Assembly (NCBI GenBank): GCA_035574455.1
Contig: DATLYT010000050.1
Location: 1-49,730, forward strand
Source: Bacteroidota bacterium
Lineage (GTDB): Bacteria; Bacteroidota; Ignavibacteria; UBA10030
Length of the DNA stretch: 49,730 bases
Direction: 5' to 3'
In this document: piece after piece, positions 46,373-49,730 of the stretch
How positions within the stretch are numbered: the first letter of the stretch is position 1
Layout of the letters: every line of letters starts with the position of its first letter
Position numbers and translations under genes: made by a program
The notes under the pieces: model-generated
Seen by the model: the letters and a program-made list of their open reading frames with translations, nothing else
What the model was told of the DNA's origin: nothing
Databases searched by the model: none

Positions 46373-48556
46373 TTATGCCGTTTTGCGTTTCTGGAGTTCG
46401 TACACTTTAATCGGTTTTTCTTTCCCCTTGACCTTGATCGGGTCGAGAGCGATGAGTTTGAATTTCTGCGGTTCGGTAAGATACTTCAGCGCGTTCTCGG
46501 AAAGTAGGATCTGTCCGCCTTTGGCTGCGCTACAGAGACGCGCACCTAAGTTCACGTTATCGCCGATGACGGTATAGTCCATCCGTTCCTCACTCCCCAT
46601 CGCGCCCATCACCATCTCACCGCTGTTAATGCCGATGCCGATCCGAATCCGGTCGTTTCCTTCAAACACCTCGTCGCGCGTAAATTGTTCCTGAATCTCT
46701 AACGCGGCGGCAAGGGCGTTGTCGACCATGTTCTTACCTTCGAACACAGCGACCAACTCATCGCCCACGTACTTGTCAATGTCGCCCCCAAATTGTTTGA
46801 CGATCGCCGATTGTCGGGCAAGGCAGCGGTTGAGCATGGCGACAACCTTTTCCGGTTCAACGTTTTCCGAAAACTTCGTGAAGCCACGAATATCCGAGAA
46901 AAAGACGGTGGCGATTTTCCGCTCTCCACCTAACTGCACTCCCGAAAAGTCTGCCTTCCGCACGGCATCGACGGTTTGCCGGGAGACGAATTTCTGCAGA
47001 TGCAATCTCTCGCGAAGTCCCTGCACCATTTCGTTGATCCGCCGTGCTAAGTTGCCGATCTCATCCTTCGAGACGACAGACGCCTGCACGGTAAAATCTC
47101 CTGCACCCACGCGCTGCGCGACGCGTTCAATCATCTTCACCGGTTTTACGACGACAGCGTTCATATAGAGACGGAGAATGACCCACACCAGAGCAATCGT
47201 CACGATTCCGACACCTGCTGAGCGCACTTTGTTTGCGGCGACGGCATCGTTGATGGCCTTCATCGAAGCTGAAATTTCAACCACAGCACGGATTTTTTGG
47301 TTCTTGCCGTGACAGGAGTAACACCGCGGCTCATTGGGGAGGGGAGTGAGTCGCACAAGTTTCTCATCGCCACTTTCAACACTCACGAATTCCAGCGGCT
47401 TCAGGCTCTCCACGACGGTTTGATTCTCTTTCCGCACTCGAGGAAGAGGGTTGAGGAAGCGCTCGTTACCCTCTTTATCGAACACGCTGAGGCTGTGGAT
47501 AACCGGCAACGCTCTGATGTCGTCGAGGTAGTAGCGGACGGAATTCGCTCTGCCGACGAGCATGATCCCCCGGAATCCTTCAAACAGTGCTGTCTGAAAT
47601 ACGGGGGTTAGCTTCCGATAAATGTCCGAGCTAAACTGTTGCAACGAGTCGGGGTAGAAGTCGACCACGATGGCGCCGCGCATCGGAAACTTCGAGCCGT
47701 GGCATACCTGACAACGCTCTTCGTTGGCGAGCGGTACGAAGAGCCGCAATCTTTTCTGATGATTCTGGAAGTACTTATCCGTGTTCTTCTTTTCGAGGAG
47801 CTCGTAAACCTGGTCCGCGTCGATATCATCACCCTCTTCCTCGCCGAAGGCAAGGTCGCCAAGGCGGCTGTAGACACGCACCTGCTGTATGCCCGGGATG
47901 TTGTTCGATGCCAGCATCAGCGTATCCATAAATTCACCACCCCCGCCGATCATGATGTTGCGGAAGGCGTTCGCAATGAAATCGCCCAGCACGCCAGCAA
48001 CCTGTTGATTCACCTCGGTCGGAGTACCCGGACGGATGGCGCTTGGCTTGAGTGCGAGTTGTAACACCCCGCGCACGGGGTCGCGCGGGTCATGACACCG
48101 CCAGCATTCGCGGCTGTTCCTGAGAGGTTCATAGCGCGTGAGGATGTCCTGTGCGCTGTCTTTCATCATCGTCCACTGTGTAGAGTGCGTGGAGAGGGTT
48201 CGGTGAAGAAGCGTGTCGGTTGCAGAGACGTTGTAGACAACACCTTCGCCCTCACGGAGGAAGACTTCACGGCCGAGGCGGTCGTAAATCGTGAGGTCGC
48301 CAAATGCTTTCAAATTTTGACGGACATCGTTCACCAGCTCTGCGGCGAACGGCGCCTTGCCGGTCAACATCACGTTGCGGATGCCCGCCATGAGCGTCTC
48401 GGAGTAAATCCAGAGCTTCTCGTGGTGATCGTTCACCATCTGCTCGGATTCTCGCTGGATGTTGAGAATCACGTATCCGCCGAAGCCGATGATGAGAACG
48501 GCAGTGATCAGAAGAAGGATTTTGTATTCGAGGCGTTCCTGGATGATGCGGACCAC
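46373..48556 (-). CDS. Membrane class III adenylate/guanylate cyclase with triplicated extracytoplasmic CXXCH (heme-c) sensor modules and a HAMP domain
   Basis: TM1 at res 12-32. Three modules of about 130 aa ending in CWRCH (48092-48106), CQVCH (47699-47713) and CYSCH (47309-47323). TM2 at res 447-469. HAMP (DEIGNLARRINEM). Cyclase core (VFFSDIRGFT, KYVGDELVAVF, TVIGDNVNLGARL; nt 46412-46924). GTG start. Confidence 0.85.
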   Translation of the reverse strand: MVRIIQERLEYKILLLITAVLIIGFGGYVILNIQRESEQMVNDHHEKLWIYSETLMAGIRNVMLTGKAPFAAELVNDVRQNLKAFGDLTIYDRLGREVFLREGEGVVYNVSATDTLLHRTLSTHSTQWTMMKDSAQDILTRYEPLRNSRECWRCHDPRDPVRGVLQLALKPSAIRPGTPTEVNQQVAGVLGDFIANAFRNIMIGGGGEFMDTLMLASNNIPGIQQVRVYSRLGDLAFGEEEGDDIDADQVYELLEKKNTDKYFQNHQKRLRLFVPLANEERCQVCHGSKFPMRGAIVVDFYPDSLQQFSSDIYRKLTPVFQTALFEGFRGIMLVGRANSVRYYLDDIRALPVIHSLSVFDKEGNERFLNPLPRVRKENQTVVESLKPLEFVSVESGDEKLVRLTPLPNEPRCYSCHGKNQKIRAVVEISASMKAINDAVAANKVRSAGVGIVTIALVWVILRLYMNAVVVKPVKMIERVAQRVGAGDFTVQASVVSKDEIGNLARRINEMVQGLRERLHLQKFVSRQTVDAVRKADFSGVQLGGERKIATVFFSDIRGFTKFSENVEPEKVVAMLNRCLARQSAIVKQFGGDIDKYVGDELVAVFEGKNMVDNALAAALEIQEQFTRDEVFEGNDRIRIGIGINSGEMVMGAMGSEERMDYTVIGDNVNLGARLCSAAKGGQILLSENALKYLTEPQKFKLIALDPIKVKGKEKPIKVYELQKRKTA

Positions 48557-48618
48557 GCTGGATTTCCCTTGGTGACCAATGGCGCTTGTGGCAGGAGGTA
48601 CTGCTTTTGAGTGGTGAA

Positions 48619-48647
48619 AGTATCGCGGAAAATTGCTACAAAATCAA
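48619..48647 (-). promoter_or_regulatory. Sigma70-like promoter candidate for the cyclase-phosphatase-HerA operon
   Basis: On the minus strand, TTGATT (48642-48647), 17 nt, GATACT (48619-48624), about 60 nt upstream of the GTG start. Confidence 0.35.
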
Positions 48648-48678
48648 CGAGAGCTACTCTGGGGTAGAGGTACGTTTT

Positions 48679-48753
48679 AGATGCCCACTGAAAATCCGTG
48701 GGCATGACAAACAGAGAAAGAAGTCATTCCCGAATGTTTCTATCGGGAATCTC
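48679..48753 (+). repeat. Family B composite hairpin element, copy 2
   Basis: agATGCCCACtgaaaatccGTGGGCATGA hairpin, a purine-rich spacer, then (gtcat)TCCCGAatgtttctaTCGGGAATCT(catgac) hairpin. Collinear with 34678-34770. Confidence 0.75.
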
Positions 48754-48792
48754 ATGACAGCAGACGCACAACAGGGCAAAACGTACCACTAC

Positions 48793-49002
48793 CTACTTCG
48801 GAAGGAACCAGTGGATGTATCCGCATTTCTCGCAGACGAGACAACGAGCGCTCTTGTTCAGCCAGTCGAGATCGAAGAACGACATCACCGCCGTATTGAG
48901 TTGTGCCTGGCGTTCATAGAAGCGTGTGTGGTGACAGATCTCGCATCGGATCGTGATGCCGGCGACGGTTTTTTCAGCAGCCTCTTGATCGAAGAGTCCC
49001 AT
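48793..49002 (-). CDS. Small zinc-ribbon protein (two CxxC pairs)
   Basis: 69 aa with CEIC and CEKC about 40 residues apart. Compact gene 9 nt downstream of the DinB-like gene. Confidence 0.6.
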   Translation of the reverse strand: MGLFDQEAAEKTVAGITIRCEICHHTRFYERQAQLNTAVMSFFDLDWLNKSARCLVCEKCGYIHWFLPK

Positions 49003-49011
49003 GGTCAGTTC

Positions 49012-49509
49012 CTACTTTGTGAGAGTTCGGTAGTACGCAATCAGATCGGTGGCGACAGGCTTCACACCAAGCTGTCGGAGAAGAGTCACCACTTGACCGC
49101 GATGATACGTGGAGTGGTTGATCAGGTGCTGCATTTGTTGCCAGAGCGGCTGCGTGTACTGATTGCCTTTGAGGTCGTTGTAGGTGAGCGGCGATTGGAG
49201 TTGTTCCTCGGTGAGGGTGTTGACGAACTGGTTGAGTTCCTGTCGGAGGGCAGTCCATTTCTCCCTGAGCCGGGGAAACGTGGGAATATCTTCTTCTTTG
49301 ATGAGAGCAGTTGGACTTGTTCCTTTCCATCGCTCCAGCCAGATCCATTCCGCGCCGTAGTAATGGACGAGCGTGCCGCGAACTCCGCCGTGGCTGGAGT
49401 TCATGTTCTTGACGTACTGCTCTTCAGAAAGTGTAGCGACGATGTCGAGAATTCTGTCTGTTGCCCATTGGTCGAAGGCGAAAAGAGTTCGGATGTCGTG
49501 GAGATTCAC
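49012..49509 (-). CDS. DinB-family (DinB_2-like four-helix bundle) protein
   Basis: FAFDQWATDRIL..., HGGVRGTLVHYYGAEWIWLERW and INHSTYHRGQV match the conserved His-triad pattern of DinB/YfiT-like proteins. GTG start preceded by GGAGGA. Confidence 0.8.
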   Translation of the reverse strand: MNLHDIRTLFAFDQWATDRILDIVATLSEEQYVKNMNSSHGGVRGTLVHYYGAEWIWLERWKGTSPTALIKEEDIPTFPRLREKWTALRQELNQFVNTLTEEQLQSPLTYNDLKGNQYTQPLWQQMQHLINHSTYHRGQVVTLLRQLGVKPVATDLIAYYRTLTK

Positions 49510-49552
49510 TGTGTCCTCCGTTGAGAGAGTCTGAAAGATTATTTCTCACAAA

Positions 49553-49615
49553 CCTGCCCGCCTCAGGCGGCGGTGAAATATGCTTCTTAACCTTGTCCTG
49601 CGTAGCATCAGATTA
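49553..49615 (+). repeat. Family A hairpin repeat, locus 3 (partial copy)
   Basis: cctgcccgcctcaggcgg (18 nt identical to 42254-42271), a ggtgaaatatgcttc tail (reverse complement of 42041-42055), then tgcgtagcatcagatta (compare tgcgtaacatcagttag). Confidence 0.75.
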
Positions 49616-49730
49616 TTATTGAAAAAAACTTTGCGGACTTTGCTATCTTTGCGAGAGGCCTACTGTTGAATTTTACAGAAGTGTTATTTGGTAACTTCAG
49701 CAGGGCGTGAATTTTTTCAATGCGTTATGT

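Noticed and set aside
46373-48556. The cyclase as a Pycsar/CBASS-type anti-phage nucleotide cyclase.
   Set aside because: It is a two-TM, HAMP-containing sensory class III cyclase, an architecture typical of housekeeping signal transduction rather than the small cytosolic PycC or CD-NTase enzymes. No cNMP-activated killing effector (TIR, TM pore, nuclease) is present. A defence role for the operon is kept only as one open possibility.
48586-49524. A 312-aa plus-strand ORF spanning an intergenic repeat and the antisense of both the Zn-ribbon and DinB-like genes.
   Set aside because: The minus-strand genes have clear family motifs, RBSs and compact spacing. The plus-strand ORF crosses a REP-like hairpin element and has no recognisable domain, so it is a shadow ORF.

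Overview
This 49.7 kb window is mostly core chromosome from a moderately GC-rich FCB-group bacterium (Ignavibacteria/Chlorobi/Kapabacteria-like). The lineage markers are a fused LpxC-FabZ, a T9SS C-terminal sorting domain, and sigma70-type TTGACN-17-TATAAT promoters with AGGAG ribosome-binding sites. All product calls rest on motif recognition by eye; no searches were run.

Gene content, left to right:
- A compact type IV pilus assembly cluster (PilM-N fusion cut by the window edge, PilO/P-like, short secretin, large Ig-domain lipoprotein).
- A minus-strand hemB-SDR-hemL operon.
- A uracil-DNA glycosylase, transporters, a hydrolase, a hemerythrin-like protein, citrate synthase, a pseudouridine synthase, cspA and clpC.
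- A long outer-membrane biogenesis operon (uppS-bamA-skp-skp-lpxD-lpxC/fabZ-lpxA, plus a lipoyl/octanoyl transferase and panB).
- surE, a PPi-type phosphofructokinase, an isoaspartyl peptidase and two Na+-coupled transporters.
- An orphan C39-like cysteine peptidase gene, aconitase and a rhodanese.
- A secreted four-repeat CHRD protein, msrQ/msrP, and DinB plus a Zn-ribbon gene.

I found no rRNA, tRNA, CRISPR array, integrase, transposase or prophage genes.

The best candidate for an undescribed system is a tight three-gene minus-strand operon at 43457-48556. It encodes a membrane class III nucleotidyl cyclase with a triplicated extracytoplasmic CXXCH (heme-c) sensor and HAMP, then a GAF-PP2C/SpoIIE phosphatase, then a HerA/FtsK-type ATPase with no NurA, Sir2 or nuclease partner.

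Secondary observations:
- Two families of modular hairpin (REP/MITE-like) intergenic repeats. One has a roughly 100-nt near-identical copy pair, and its insertion splits msrP from msrQ.
- An orphan plus-strand intrinsic terminator with an extended -10 box, which is a possible small RNA.
- The (AB)2-duplicated CHRD/T9SS protein.
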